Both the position numbers and the translations under genes were made by a program. Shown here piece after piece: positions 11,400-24,389 of a DNA stretch of 39,240 nt. Origin of the DNA: Sphaeroforma arctica JP610 (taxonomy: Eukaryota); assembly GCF_001186125.1 (NCBI RefSeq), contig NW_014040454.1, forward strand, positions 116,090 through 155,329, read 5' to 3'. The stretch's first letter is position 1, and each line of letters begins with the position of its first letter. The notes under the pieces are model-generated. The model saw only the letters and a list, made by a program, of their open reading frames with translations. It was not told the DNA's origin and searched no databases.

Positions 11400-13900
11400 T
11401 TTCATAATGTACGCCTGACATACCTTAAGAAACTTTACCGTGACCCTACGCACTGTCGTTTTTTCGGAATGGAAACTTTACTACGAGCTAATGCAGCTAC
11501 TTCCTCCTATACACGCTTCTTTTCCTTCATTATATATCGTTTGCGTTAAATCTGCACTCTTTTAGCCTGCATCATTGATGATATCATAGTGATTATGTCC
11601 ATTTCGGGAGCGAATAGAGCTTTGGATACTTTTGCCTCAGTTGCGCCAGCATAGAGCCAGACTGCATCGTACGTGACGGATCTATCTCACATTCTTCGAA
11701 TATCTCTTTGATGTCTATGGCTTCTCTATTAATGGTCGATGCATATTAATGTCGTCTAGCTCAACCCTGTGTTAATTTAGGAGGACGATGGTTTTTGATG
11801 AGCACTATCTCCGGGAAGGCCTCACTACCAATACGTACAATAGCTGTATGTGAAGATATAAGTGTTGTAGCAGATCATACTGCAGTAGCTGATCTATCAT
11901 TGCGGTTGGCTACCCCAGTGTATTTTACTGCACGTTTCTTGTGTATGTGGTCAGGAGAACTAAGTATACTTCCGAGCTTAGATTGCTTCAGAACATAAAC
12001 ATTAAAATGTCGTTTACTTCCTCGGACAGCATCACCTGGACTATATCCCACAAGTTTGTGTTCAGCTATACCTTCGTTAAAGACGAGTTCATTATCAAGG
12101 CCTACTTCAATATAACACGGCATCGCTTGCTGTATCAGCATACACTAGGTTGCTATCATCATCTGCATACATTTCATTGCTGCCCTCCATAAGATCATAT
12201 AATTGTTCACCTGACTAATTCGATGCACCTTCCAATGTATAAATCACCAATACCAGCTGCTGCACCTTCACTGCCAGCTCCATTACCGCGGCTAATACCT
12301 ATACTTTCATTACCAGTGGTGCCATCGGTAACTGCACAAGAATCGTCATTAATAGCACCACCACCAATACTATCATTCCCACTCACGTCATCGTTTTGTT
12401 TCTTAAGTGCGCTTGCTCCCTCAGCTGTACCTTCATTTATCATTTCGAATTTTTCATCATACAGCGCCCGTCGCCGACGCCAGAGTGGGCAAAGGCTCGG
12501 AAATACACCTTTGTATCACTATCTATTTTTTTGTTCAAATTGAGCACGTCACTTCCTGTTAGTCCTGCTGGATAACACCCAGTACATTCAAAAACGAAAT
12601 CATTAGCACCTGCAAAATGCTTATTATATCTCTCCACAAGCATTTTCGTTCGTTCCGAAAAAATTGCTCACGCTCACGGGTTGATTGTATCTAATTATTT
12701 AGTTCTTGTACCAGCTAAGGCTTGAACTTGTAACCATTACACCCACCCTGCTTTACAATAGCCGTGGGATCGAGGTATTAAAGCGTAAGCCAATGCAGGT
12801 GTATCAATGTCATCATAACATATTGCATGATAATTTAGCTGCTGTTTGATAAATGTCTGTGCAAGGTCAATTAATGTTGACAGACTGTCCGATCTGTTTG
12901 CTCCTCAGCAAAGTCATCTACCATATTCTGCATAGTGTCCACAACATCATGAATCAAGAAACCAGTTACATAGTCGACTGCGTTGACTAATCATGTGATG
13001 GCAAGCAAGAATTTCATGAAGCTAGCCTTGTTTATATATTTAACCTGTGGAACTGAAACTATTTAGTCATTGTACAAAACTTGGGCGGGCTTTCTTCGAG
13101 TCAGTGCAAGAAGTGTGATTACTTCATCCACTCCTATTCTTAAACCTTTAGTATCCCAAGAAATTAAACATACATTATCACCTGAGAGAATGAACTTGAT
13201 AGCAGACTCTTGGTCTACTTCACGAAACCGTGTTCTGCCATATTTTTTAGTATTCAAGTACTCGCCCTTAGCCCTTTGGTTGTAATCCGCGTACCCGGCA
13301 TCCTGCGAACGACCTGACAAAAGTAAGCTCATCGTTCTATTTCATCGTTTTTGTCTCGCTCTTGGAAAGTTCCTTCACTAGTATGGCTCGTGCGATGCGT
13401 TCATGTATTGAATTCTTAGAAGCCTCGTTGTATATTCATTCAGTGGCACTTTTACCTTAGAATCACCAACAAGACCCCAGAAGGTAATAATAAAACGCCA
13501 TTATTGATCGATTTAGCTACATCACCCATAAGGGCGTCTGAATTTGCAGGCAATACTATATTTACAATGTACCAGGATGCTCTTTCTGTGTGCATATACA
13601 TCCCTTGCTGTAGATGCCTTTCCTGCTAGTGTAATCGCTTCCCTTGCACACAAAACAATTGCAAAACGGGATCGTTTAGGAGAAGCGCGTGTAAACGCGG
13701 CTCGTTCAAATTCCCCTGTAACTCTACTCCCATGTGGACGGCCTCGCTTTCGTCCTAATACTATACCATCACAGACACACTTGCATCGTTTGCACGAGCT
13801 ATCGCAAATCGCGCATCGTCCACGTTTGTCTTTGCATTCGTATAGTTCACAAGTGTCCTGCGGTGCACAGACGCAATCCGTCATATTGCTGAACAAGTCA
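11400..13900 (-). mobile_element. Decayed, internally deleted DNA-transposon transposase gene (copy A; Sola3-like/oomycete-type DDD family)
   Basis: Collinear fragments across stops and frameshifts: Cys-rich N-terminus plus AT-hook (CAICDSSCKRCKCVCDG..RKRGRP), SAIKFILS..ISWDTK..LTRRKPAQVLYND, AVDYVTGFL (12961-12981), FIKQQLNYH..ALAYAL, RAFAHSGVGDG (~12467-12500), an acidic/Gly linker, QG*ARRH (~11750-11769) and SMLAQLRQKYPKLYSLP (~11605-11655). The same motif order recurs in copy B. The family name is recalled from motifs, not searched. Confidence 0.65.
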
Positions 13901-14347
13901 AATCTACCTATTGAGATGCATCAGTCATTGCTAAGTCATTACACCATTTGCGGACATGATCACACGTTGAACGCCTTCTATGCTACTATAGATCTCGGAT
14001 ATGAAGGCAAACTCTTAATTATGCATGTTTGTCACCTCTACACCTTCTATATACACAAATAACAGCGTGTTATCGTCATATTACACCTCCCTCGAACTGT
14101 TCTACCCTGTGTCAGTCATATAGCTTGTAACTCGTGAACTAAGCATAATACGGATATGGTGTAGAAACAAGGATTGATGGCAGCTACATGCTTAAAACGT
14201 TCCAAGTGAGAAAATAAAATTCCGCTTGATTCCGCATTTGTTCTGATCTGCCCTGCCCCCAAGAATAAGACCGAATTAGTACGCGATTCGTCAGTTAAAA
14301 TAATTAATTATTTACATGCATTACTGATTTTAGTTTAAGTAGCATAC

Positions 14348-14815
14348 TGCTTTCTCTCTCACTCTTTCACCACGATAGTACACTGCATTCGTTAAATTCT
14401 TTGAAAGCCCAGTTATGCAACCAGTAAAATAGATTTTACGTTGATTCTCACCGAGCTTGATCCTAAATTCTGATATTTTTTACGGTTGATATATGCCCCC
14501 CTTCCATTGATGCGTGCTGTTAATACTCTCGAAACCGCAAGAAGGTCCTTGACGAATTGAGGGTGGGGAGATTAGCCGACAAATAGTTGTGTGACAACGA
14601 TCTGTCATCCACAGTTGGTACCGATGTATTCAATGAATCGAAGGCGACACGAATCGACATAGGGTCGCATNNNNNNNNNNNNNNNNNNNNNNNNNNNNCG
14701 GTACCGAGGTATTCAATGGATCGAAGGCGACACGAATCGACATAGGATCGCATCCTGCTTTCTCTCTCACTCTTTCACCACGATAGTAAACTGCATTCGT
14801 TAAATTCCTTGCAAA
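14348..14815. repeat. ~60-bp direct repeat (14348-14405 / 14756-14815) plus a ~54-bp near-identical duplicate flanking an N-gap
   Basis: 'tgctttctctctcactctttcaccacgatagta.actgcattcgttaaattc' occurs twice; 14617-14670 matches 14700-14753 on either side of the Ns at 14671-14698. Confidence 0.9.
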
Positions 14816-16690
14816 TGGACATGGCCTCAAATTGTTCGTTCCAAAGCGGTTATAAGTTCTTTTTTTAGTAAGTCGAGGCCGCTTTCAAGATCATTAATGA
14901 CAGTGTAACTAGAAATACGGTCTTAAAGGTAAAAAATACGGTTTTACAAGTCATCTGCCCGACCACTTGTAAATAACGAGCTCTAGGGTTTACAATTTTA
15001 TATTTGTTGGATATGATCTGCTGAAGCTAGAAACTTTTTCTAGTAGTTACCTTGGCATGAACCTATGTAACTATTACACCCGGACTTAGCTTATCGACTA
15101 AATGTGAGTGCAGAAACACCTAGTGCGACAGTTGCACGTTTTGAAGAGTCATATTCATCATCATTCATAGTAGATTATTGTGAATGAAAATATGACAACA
15201 ACGTTGGCTTTTGCCCAGCATCTGGTTCGCAATATTTAAATTCGGATTGATTGCGCTCAGAGCATACGGGTGTAAAACCGAACGAAAGTATTAAATGCTG
15301 TCGCCTCAGTTAATCAGTGTACGATTATAATATCGGGTCGAACTATTCGAAAATCATCCACAGTGATGATTAAATAAAAGTAGATACACGTATTAGAATA
15401 TACACAAAGTTTAAATGATATATCAAACCAGATGACTGGTCAGCATATATACTGTCGTCTTTGATAGCAGTGTTTCACTACTGCTGTAACTATGTCAAAA
15501 AGACGGATAAATATTCGACGATTGGGGCTAAAATGTGGGTTTCAGAATAGAGCACAAAATACCAAACTACAGCAGCTGTGATGATTTCAATATCTTGCGA
15601 AATGTCACGGAATGCAAACGTTTACAGGGCTATGAGTTCTATATAGTAGCTATTGGAGTTTTATAGTATGTATATCATTAAGTAGACTCGATGTAGTTTA
15701 CAGTTTTCACAACTACCAGAAACGTGGATTTTCACTTTATAGGGTCGTCCTGATTCCTAAAGGGGAGAAGGAGCAGAAGTTGTCATTAATGTATAAAGTG
15801 AAATACACTTTAAATACTGAAATACATAACTTCTTAAAATTATAAGTGGACTATTCGGGCTGACTTGCTTCTTCGACAATGAAGCCAAAGTATCACCCTA
15901 CAGCCGATGTGATGGGTTTCTGAAAGAAGTAAATTGTAAAATATTGAGCAGACTTACTATAACAAGGGATTGTGGAGAATTCTGTTCTTCGTACTAGTTT
16001 AAACATTTAAATTCACGGTTATGGCAAGGGGATTTTTTTTTTGTAATTAGAAAAGTTCAATTGGGCAATTGGGGGTTTCTGACTAAAGGTATGCCGAGAT
16101 ATGAATGGTATAAACCAAATCAGTCACCGCAAGTCTGAATGAACTAACATACAAGTTACCATTCTCGACTATCAAATATTTACATCTTATTTTTCCATTC
16201 GTTTTGCATGATAGAATACATGAAATAAATTAAATTAAAAACAGGCATAATAATATAACAATCACGCCCCGGATTACGACGTAATTGATTGTACCGAAAT
16301 CATGTGGTATGGGATTAACAAGTGTCTGCAATCCGAATTGGAGGAAGATTATGTAGTCCTCTGATGACACAGTATGCTATACTCTTCACTAGAATTGATT
16401 GCTCTTAGAAAGTTATAAACCGATTAACACTAAAAAAATGTCGGAAGTGTATTTATTTTCGCGACATTATGTTTATGCTTCTACTGGCAAAATGGCTACA
16501 CGTAGGGTTGTCAAATATACCCTGTTTTTTCATCAATGCGCAACAGTTTTGAGAACTCAGCAAATAGTGGAGATATGATAGGACGTGAGTTTCGCCGATT
16601 TCATGCCATTAAACACGCGGCTATACAAAATAAATGTAATTGTTCTTGTGAAAAGTCATACAATATAGGATACAAATATTGTTCAAAAAG

Positions 16691-16872
16691 AACACTTGCT
16701 TATCATGTCTTGAATTGTTCATGTTTGAGCTATGGGTCTCATAGGAATTTAGCTCAATACACGAAGAACTAGGTCAACAACAAAAAACACTTGCTTGTCA
16801 TATCATGTCACAATGTTGTTTATGTTTGAGCTATGGCTGTCATATGATTATAGCTTAATACACGAAGAACTA
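16691..16872. repeat. ~96-bp diverged tandem duplication
   Basis: 'aacacttgctt...atgtttgagctatgg...aatacacgaagaacta' occurs twice. Confidence 0.85.
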
Positions 16873-16929
16873 CGTAGAGTTCTTCAAAATTGGTGAATAT
16901 TCCTTCGAATGAAAATGTCTACCATACGG

Positions 16930-18010
16930 CATTATTAACAGTTGTCACAGTACGGATCCGGCCAGGCTAAACAAGCCGATACATCAAGAAGGTAGCGTAT
17001 GGTAAGGGATGGATCGTCCATCCGATTCTAATGAATCTATCATCTCATTACTCTTGAATTTTTTAGCTAGGAACCCTGGCCCAGATGGTCACCACATATA
17101 TCGTAAAGATGAATGCTTTCAAAAGATTTCGTATCTTCATCCTCGCACTGATATCGATTGGGATTCCGTTGATGAGGAGGGATCCTCGACAAGATCTACT
17201 GTGGTAAACTGTATGCTAACAACAGTTCAGAGAGCTGAGCTCAGAGGGAAGGGCTAAAAGGATGGTAAAAAACAAACCCTCTTATATGATGAACAACGAC
17301 AAATTCTTCCCATAGAGTGGAAATCAGCACCTCCAAAACAGCTGTCTGCAGGGCGTGCAGCAGAGTTGATGATACTCCAGATATCAAATTTGAAGATATC
17401 GAGATTGCATTTGATACACCCGGCTATGTGCAGAAGCAATAACCTACGTAGGGATAATAATATTTTTTTCAATTTCCAAAGTTGTGACTCAAATACTTAT
17501 GTATGTCCTATGAATCCGTTCTTATGTGTACTCAGTAGTCTAGTAGTATATAAAATCAAAGATTTCAAGGACATAACAGTTTTAAAGAGTTGCAACGAAT
17601 GGTTATCTCGAATAACACAACAGATATAGACGACAAGGTCAACCCAGACATCATGAAACGGGAAAAAAGAAAAATAACGAATGGTTATCTCGAATAGCAC
17701 AACAGATATAGACGACAAGGTCAACCCAGATATCATGAAATGAGGAATAAAGAAGAAAAAAATGTAAGAATGAGGTATTTGTATCGGAAGGTGAGGTGTG
17801 GGTATTGTTACACACAGTTCCCGAAGGTGTCCGTGTAGACACGTTCAAAAACGTGGTTGCTCTATAGACCCAAGTCCAAAATATAGGTAAATAAACCAAA
17901 TAACAAAAGGCACGAATAAGCGGATGATCAAAGGCAGGTAGATAGTACACAAACGAACTTATGCCACTACTAGATGACACAGACGCCAAAGCACCAGAAT
18001 TTTCGCAGAT
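16930..18010 (+). pseudogene. Decayed ORF with a SAP-like motif and a possible degenerate SWIM region, probably transposon-derived
   Basis: LTTVQRAELRGKG*KDGKKQTLL (~17215-17285) resembles a SAP domain. Downstream are PDIKFEDIE and EVWVLL..G.V..FKNVVAL* (SWIM-like context, Cys/His residues lost). It has several stops and an internal ~82-bp duplication (17594-17760). Confidence 0.35.
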
Positions 18011-18499
18011 TTGTTGATGTAGATTTGTTGTACGCTTTGTGAACTCAGTCCATGGTAGAAAGTAAACTAAGATACATCATAAACGTGAAAGTTAAAGAGT
18101 TATTAGTAAGCAGTTCAGAGTTGGTTCGAGATTCTGCCATATTTATTATCAACTAGTTCTTGAATTGAGAAATACATTCCCAAAGTATCATATGGGCTGA
18201 ATGCTATTGGTCCAAAAACCATCATCACATCCTCTGTCGAGTATAGTTCAAAATAGAGAAATATATTCGACAGTAAATCGACGGATGGTCAGAATCGGGT
18301 GAAAGTCCACAGTGTCCAAATCTTAATTTGTTTATTTTTATGTATATGTGAGGAGAGAAATACTCGACACATTTTATTTGAAAATGATACTTCACATATA
18401 CATTTTTTACAATTGTCGATAAACCGCCGTAGTTGGGGATCCCGCGGTTGGGACCTTCCGAGTATTCATTTACTACATCAGCTCATGTTTTTCAATTTA

Positions 18500-21400
18500 G
18501 CCCTCTACCTGGGTCTCGCAGATAGCATATGTGTCGAATACAGGAATTGTGACGACCTAGTGCGGTCAGTATATCCGAATATGCTGTAGTACTTCAGGCT
18601 GGTGTTACTGGTTTATGAGCACAGGAGAAAGGTTGAACAGGCGGGCAACAGTGGAGCAGGAAACCAGAATTAAAATGAGCTGCAAAACCAGATAATTGCA
18701 TTAGGGGGGGACACAAGTCAACAAGACACAGGTGCTAAAATCGTTCAACATCGTCAGCAGAGCAAGTGCTGCAGGAAAAAGCTGACACAAAATATATTGA
18801 GGTTGCGGTTGCTAGCACGGCCGTACCAACCGGCAGTACAGCAGCAATAAAATAAAATAAATGGCAACTCCAACAGCAATACAAACTCAGAAAATTGCAA
18901 CACAGACATAACAACGGTACACATCAGCACAGTTCCGATTGAGGAAAGGTGCGTTTACTCTATGCCAACTATGGGAACAAGCCAGCCGATGTGGAGAGGG
19001 GTAGTGGTAAATTCCTGGATAGCGATGGATATCATCATAAATCGCGGCAATAACGCACAGATAGTTAAAGATAGAAAACGTTCATGGTATAGGACGATCA
19101 GCAAATATCTTCCACGTGTCGAGCTGATTAATCACTCTCACAAATTCAATTTACACTCTGCGTCAGATTCGAAGCACATATTGTATAATACTATATATTT
19201 CATATCAGGATTTTACCTGTGTTGTTTTGATATATCTTCTAGATACACTTCATGCTAAGAACACAAGTAAGGTTTAATAATTTAATGTTATGAAAGCACA
19301 CTATTAATGTTTTTGAGTTAATAAATGATTGTGCTACTTGCTCCTGAAAAAGGTTGATGGTAAAAATAGTTTGTACTGATGAATCAATTGTTCAAGTTCG
19401 TACTGGAAAGCCCAGACTGTGCGGAACGCTATATACGAATTTAGTTGATACAATACAAGATATATTGTACATTTCGTAAAACCAGCCAGAGCTTACACGG
19501 CTTGCAACTTTGGTGGATTTAGTATATTCAACAAACATAAGCTAGATCAACACGTTGTACGTGAACATACTGTCAATATACACTATGAAGAATATGCACT
19601 CTCAAAGACAATCATCATTGTATCTATCAAGGTAGACGAATGGAGTTGGCGTTTGTTCATGTCTTGGGTCGTATCACAGAATTGCGAACAGTACGCAAAA
19701 GTGCATTCGGTGCGGGTGATGTTCAATAAAACGCATCGGATATACCAGAGGCTTGTAGAGAGGACATATTCTGGCTATCAACCCAGAGTAAAAAACCGGT
19801 AACATCACCATGACAAAGTGCTCAAAACATGTCAGATCGTTGCATAGCTAACAAAAGTAGTTCAGATGAATCACTTTAATCGGCTGTAAAATGTTCAGTA
19901 CAGTTTTACCACATGAGACCAGTCGCGTACATTACGGATTACGTGGGGTGGGGTGGCACGGCTGAATGTCTATATCCTCCGAGTATAAGGAGCGAACAGA
20001 GGTGGGGGAAGATGGTATAGTAATATATAAGGGCGTAGCAATACAATACATCGTCTATGGACACCAGATTTAGGAAATGTGGAAATGAGCAAGCAACCAA
20101 ATACGTATATTCTCTGATTGAAGCTACCATTCCATTTATGCTAAATCAAATAACGACCGTAGTCCTCACGTCTCATACCGATCTAGGGATCTCTTGTCTT
20201 TGCTGATGAATCTACCATACCCTGAATTGAAATCATACGATATTGGAAAGGCTTGCTAGACGCCCACTTTGCTCGTACCGGGGGTCATGTAGGGAACTTT
20301 ATGAGGTCATCGAAACTTCATAGAATCAATAAAATCGCGACTTCTAAAAGGCTAACAGCAGCATTAATACGAAAGGGCGGCATGTTTGACTCAGTAGAAC
20401 TCATTCCGGGAGATTGGCAATGTCGATTTCAATTGTTCACAGACCCGTACTAGAATACATCAGTAGACGCGTTAAGCTGATAGAACCGAGTGATCCTTAG
20501 AAGGCGAAGTTAGGTCAACTATTGAAAAGCTTTGCCAGAGTGATGCAGCAATATACTTGCAGACACAGGCCTATTCTGATGTTGGTGGCGGTGTGTCAAT
20601 TTGAAATGGGTTCAGTGATAAACTGTTGGAGGTAGTAAATGAATATAACAGCAGTGATGAAGGTGATAGTATTGTTTGTGAGAATGATAACGGCAATAGT
20701 GAGAAGAATAGCGATAGCAATAAATGAGACGGTGATGATATCGCCGACAAGGTATGTGAAAGTGCTGGCAAAGTAGGTAATAGGGCTCAAGTGAATAGGT
20801 GAAAGTTCAATGCAAAGAAAGATTCATCTCAACATTAGATACCTTTGACAAGGAATAATTGAAACGTTTCAGAGGTAGTTGAAGTCGTTAGTGATGTACT
20901 GGGCAATATTAGCCTAGACGCACAACATTCTAATCTGCCGAGTTGTCTACTGAAACTTGGAGAGATTATGTGTGATTTAAAGACTTGAACCTGAAGTAAG
21001 ACATTAAGAGCAAGATTGTTACTGAGCTAGCTCCACCAGCCAACAAGCTGGATCATAATGACTTGGTGAATATGGTTGTGTATTCGAGATTGAGGCGAAG
21101 CGGGTCTCTCATGTATATGTGATGAGACAGTCGATGCTATGCACTATTCGAGGTCCGTGCAAAGAATGATATTACAATGGTATAGCAAGCTTAGTCACTG
21201 ATATGCGGTCGTCCAATGGCTTTATATGATCATATGTTGTGGCGGTGCGCAACAGGAAAAGATATTGGACTCGCTAAAGAGTTTTGCCTGGTGAAACTCT
21301 TCAAGGGATAGGCGAGACGCAGACCTTATGGCTAACACTATATACTGTTCTGTATGAAAATTATGTAGATATTAGACGAGATGGGGACCGGAAAGCATAT

Positions 21401-21700
21401 AACGACTATGCGGCAGGCCAAGAAAAACGACTTAAGCGGTGACATGATACGGATTAGACAAAAATGATTCCAATAGACATGTAGGGAACAAAACGTTGAA
21501 GTATAAACAGACAAAGTCCTTTCCAAAGGCCTACTGCAATGATACGTTGACAATGATGGTCAAGTACCCTACAATCAAGTGGAAAGGAGCTGTACTACTT
21601 TTGGAAGCAAAGTATGCTATGAAAGATGTTAGCGCGAATTGAGTCTAAACTCACATATGAAAGACTGAGGCATATAGGGGAGAAGTTATAACACGATCGG
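18500..21700 (+). mobile_element. Decayed near-full-length DNA-transposon transposase gene (copy B; same Sola3-like DDD family as copy A)
   Basis: Collinear fragments: LCGTLYTNLVDTIQDIL, FNKHKLDQH..H..YALS, YSGYQPRVKNR, IGCKMF..HETSRVHYGLRGV(G)WHG (19879-19961, one 1-nt frameshift), NEQ..VYSLIEA..VVLTSHT (~20084-20179), KGLLDAHFA..T..L.AALIRKGGM (20247-20384), QAYSDVGGG (~20565-20591), an acidic linker, and KG*ARRRPYG (~21303-21332). Many stops and frameshifts. Confidence 0.7.
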
Positions 21701-24025
21701 TAATAGTTTGTAAGGCTCATATACTATTGACGTGATGTACATTGCTTGTAATATTACATACGCGATGGCCATATAATGACAATTAAATGAACTATACTGA
21801 CACAACCTTCATTTATACGACTTCCACCACTCACCGCTTTACCATACAGGCTAGTTATTAGTTTTAACTTCTTTAAACCCTAATACTAGACTTATGAAGC
21901 ATCAGATCTGATTAGTTGTTAGAGTGTATGGTAGTGGACATTAGATAAAATGATAAAATATATCCCTCTTTCTGCCTACACATGTTTTTGCTGGCATTTT
22001 AGACTACGTCTTCGTCTTAAAAACGAGATTGCTGTGCGTATGTCACATCACACCATGCCTTTACGGATTCATCTATCGTTGGTATATCATATTGTATTCC
22101 ATGAACCATTTGTGTATTATAATTCCTAGTCAAATCGCGTGCCTCTTGCATTAAACTGGGGTGATCACACTCGCACGCCATGACCGCTACCCTCGTTTTC
22201 TGACCATGTAGAATTGTGCTCACTAAACCCTACCATATGATAACGTGGGTTCCAAAGTATTTTCATAGCCAAATCACAATATGCAAACCTTCAAATTTAC
22301 TTTGTCACCATTTCTAATAGTTTCATGGCCTCCTTTTTCAAACAGATAGCACTACAACCGTGTAATGATGTGAAATTTATAGAATTGATACGCGCTTTCT
22401 CATATTATCCGTCTTCAAGTCACAGATCCGACGAGCGAAGCAGGATACCGATGATGTCTCTGCCACACCTTCGTGTTCTGGCCATCTACTAAAGTTTACG
22501 ATGGTATCAGGTGCAACGGTTTCCTGGTTGACCTACTTTGCTCTCATATGAGAATATTATACACAAATTATATCAGTACCAAGTCGAATCATCTTCAGAC
22601 GTGCTTCATAGTATGGCGTATCATTTTCCTCGTCTGTTTTAGGCGCGTAAGTTATCTCTTGCCCAGCAGGATGTAGTGCTGTGAACTCAGTATGGGAAAA
22701 TGTGAACGGGTTATAGCTACGTTTTGTGCCACATTCTCAAAACCCTCAAGGCTGTTCCCAATTCTCACCAATGCCTGGTTTATTTATTGACGTTGTTCTT
22801 GTGGTGTCATCTGACAAACCCATACAACTTCATCTAACAGCTAATGCATGCACGTGCACGCCATAAGTTCCATAGTAGGGCATGCAAGTGTTGCATATGA
22901 ACCCACGGCTGTTCGCAAATTCAAACCTCGCTTAGAGGTCACTAATTTCTAAACCTTCTTTCAACACTATTCTAAAACACGATGGACATCTCACAACGGT
23001 AATCTACTCAAAAATTGTAAATAGTTTTCTGAATTAGAATGGTCATTTTGTCCTTGCGATATATCCCGAGATTCGTATAGATGATGTACGAGTGCTCCTA
23101 CTTTCTGGCGTCGAGCCACTGTAAGTATTGGGGCGTACCTTTTGTGCTCGGGCTGGGCTTATGCCTGGGAGAATGTATGGATAGCAGAATAAGAGGGTTT
23201 CCAGTGAGATATACCCCTATAAAGGGGGGAGTGAAGATATTGTCAAAGTGAGTGTATGCGAGGTTGTTGTACGATGGTCTAGCAAACCTACTGTCAAGCG
23301 CCGACTAAGTCTATGCGGTCTGTTTACATGTTCGGCTTCAGCTTCGAACTCTTCGTCCGATTGCGTCCTTTTATCATTATTCCGTATTAGATCAGATTGC
23401 CCCTGGTGACAGGTGCGTCCAAATCGACTTGCCTTGTTTCGTACAATGTACATGTCATCGTTTGCGACGTAGTTTTATTGTTCAACATAGAGAACCTGAG
23501 CGTAGAGTGTCGCTCGTACATACCGTCATGTGCATTGGTCAGATATCAGGCCAACTCCTATAAGTCCGAATTTACTGCCTTAGCTATATTTATGGACCAT
23601 TTTGTTGGTATATCATTCTTTATACTTCTATCATCCTTGATCACGACACAGACATTGTGAACAAAAAACTATGTATTTCACGTTTAACAATCACTAAAAG
23701 GCAAAAGTACAAACATAGACTCATGGACCAATCAAATACAAGGGAGTTAAGATCAATATCCATTGGTTCATGAGCAGTTTATAATGCTCGCGCAGTACTA
23801 TCGAGACTTCCAACTTTCTCAGAATCAAAATCCGACAGAATATAAATAAAATTGCACAACAGGATAATATACCTCTGCGGGGATAAAAATAAAACACATT
23901 TTCAGTACAGGTTGTGAGTGTTCTATGCATCATCTCTGGTATATGTGTTGGCGTGGACCTAAACTACTATTTTCCACGCCACAATATTGATCTTAGCGAA
24001 TCCTAGTTTGAGACGACGCATGATT

Positions 24026-24043
24026 AAAAAAAAAGTACAAAAA
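24026..24043 (-). terminator. Pol III oligo-T terminator of the tRNA gene
   Basis: T5 and T9 runs on the minus strand start a few nt after the tRNA 3' end. Confidence 0.75.
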
Positions 24044-24047
24044 TTAT

Positions 24048-24131
24048 TGGATGGTGCAGGGTTCGAACCTGCGCATGCATACGCATAATTGAGCTTAAGT
24101 CAAACTCCTTGGACCACTCGGACAACCATCC
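24048..24131 (-). tRNA. tRNA-Leu (anticodon TAA), intronless, long variable arm
   Basis: Reverse complement GGATGGTTGTCCGAGTGGTCCAAGGAGTTTGACTTAAGCTCAATTATGCGTATGCATGCGCAGGTTCGAACCCTGCACCATCCA. It has a 7-bp acceptor stem GGATGGT/ACCATCC, anticodon loop CTTAAGC, T-arm GCAGG-TTCGAAC-CCTGC and discriminator A. Confidence 0.95.
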
Positions 24132-24389
24132 TTATATATTCTATAACTTAAAGTTTTGTATTTATAAGCGTATAATTTTTAGCAATTTTTGTCTGTATTA
24201 CGTATGATTTTACACATCATGCGTATATGAGTATATCATGGTATTTGATTGCGAGTATTCGGTACATACGTCAGAGTGCACATAAATCGACGGAAGAATG
24301 CACGCATGAGCTCACAAGTCGACGATCATGTCAACGTTGAATATTACACATAGTCAGCCGTTGATACATTACTTTTACACTTTGCAAGT

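Noticed and set aside
13544..14062. 172-aa plus-strand ORF
   Set aside because: Antisense to the Cys-rich/AT-hook N-terminus of transposase copy A, with no independent support.
14617..14753. Duplicated ~54-bp sequence either side of an N-gap as a biological repeat or LTR
   Set aside because: Most simply explained as unmerged contig overlap or allelic ends at a scaffold gap.
22017..23000. Possible non-LTR retrotransposon RT-thumb remnant on the minus strand
   Set aside because: Only a vague resemblance; no YADD-type or endonuclease motif was found.
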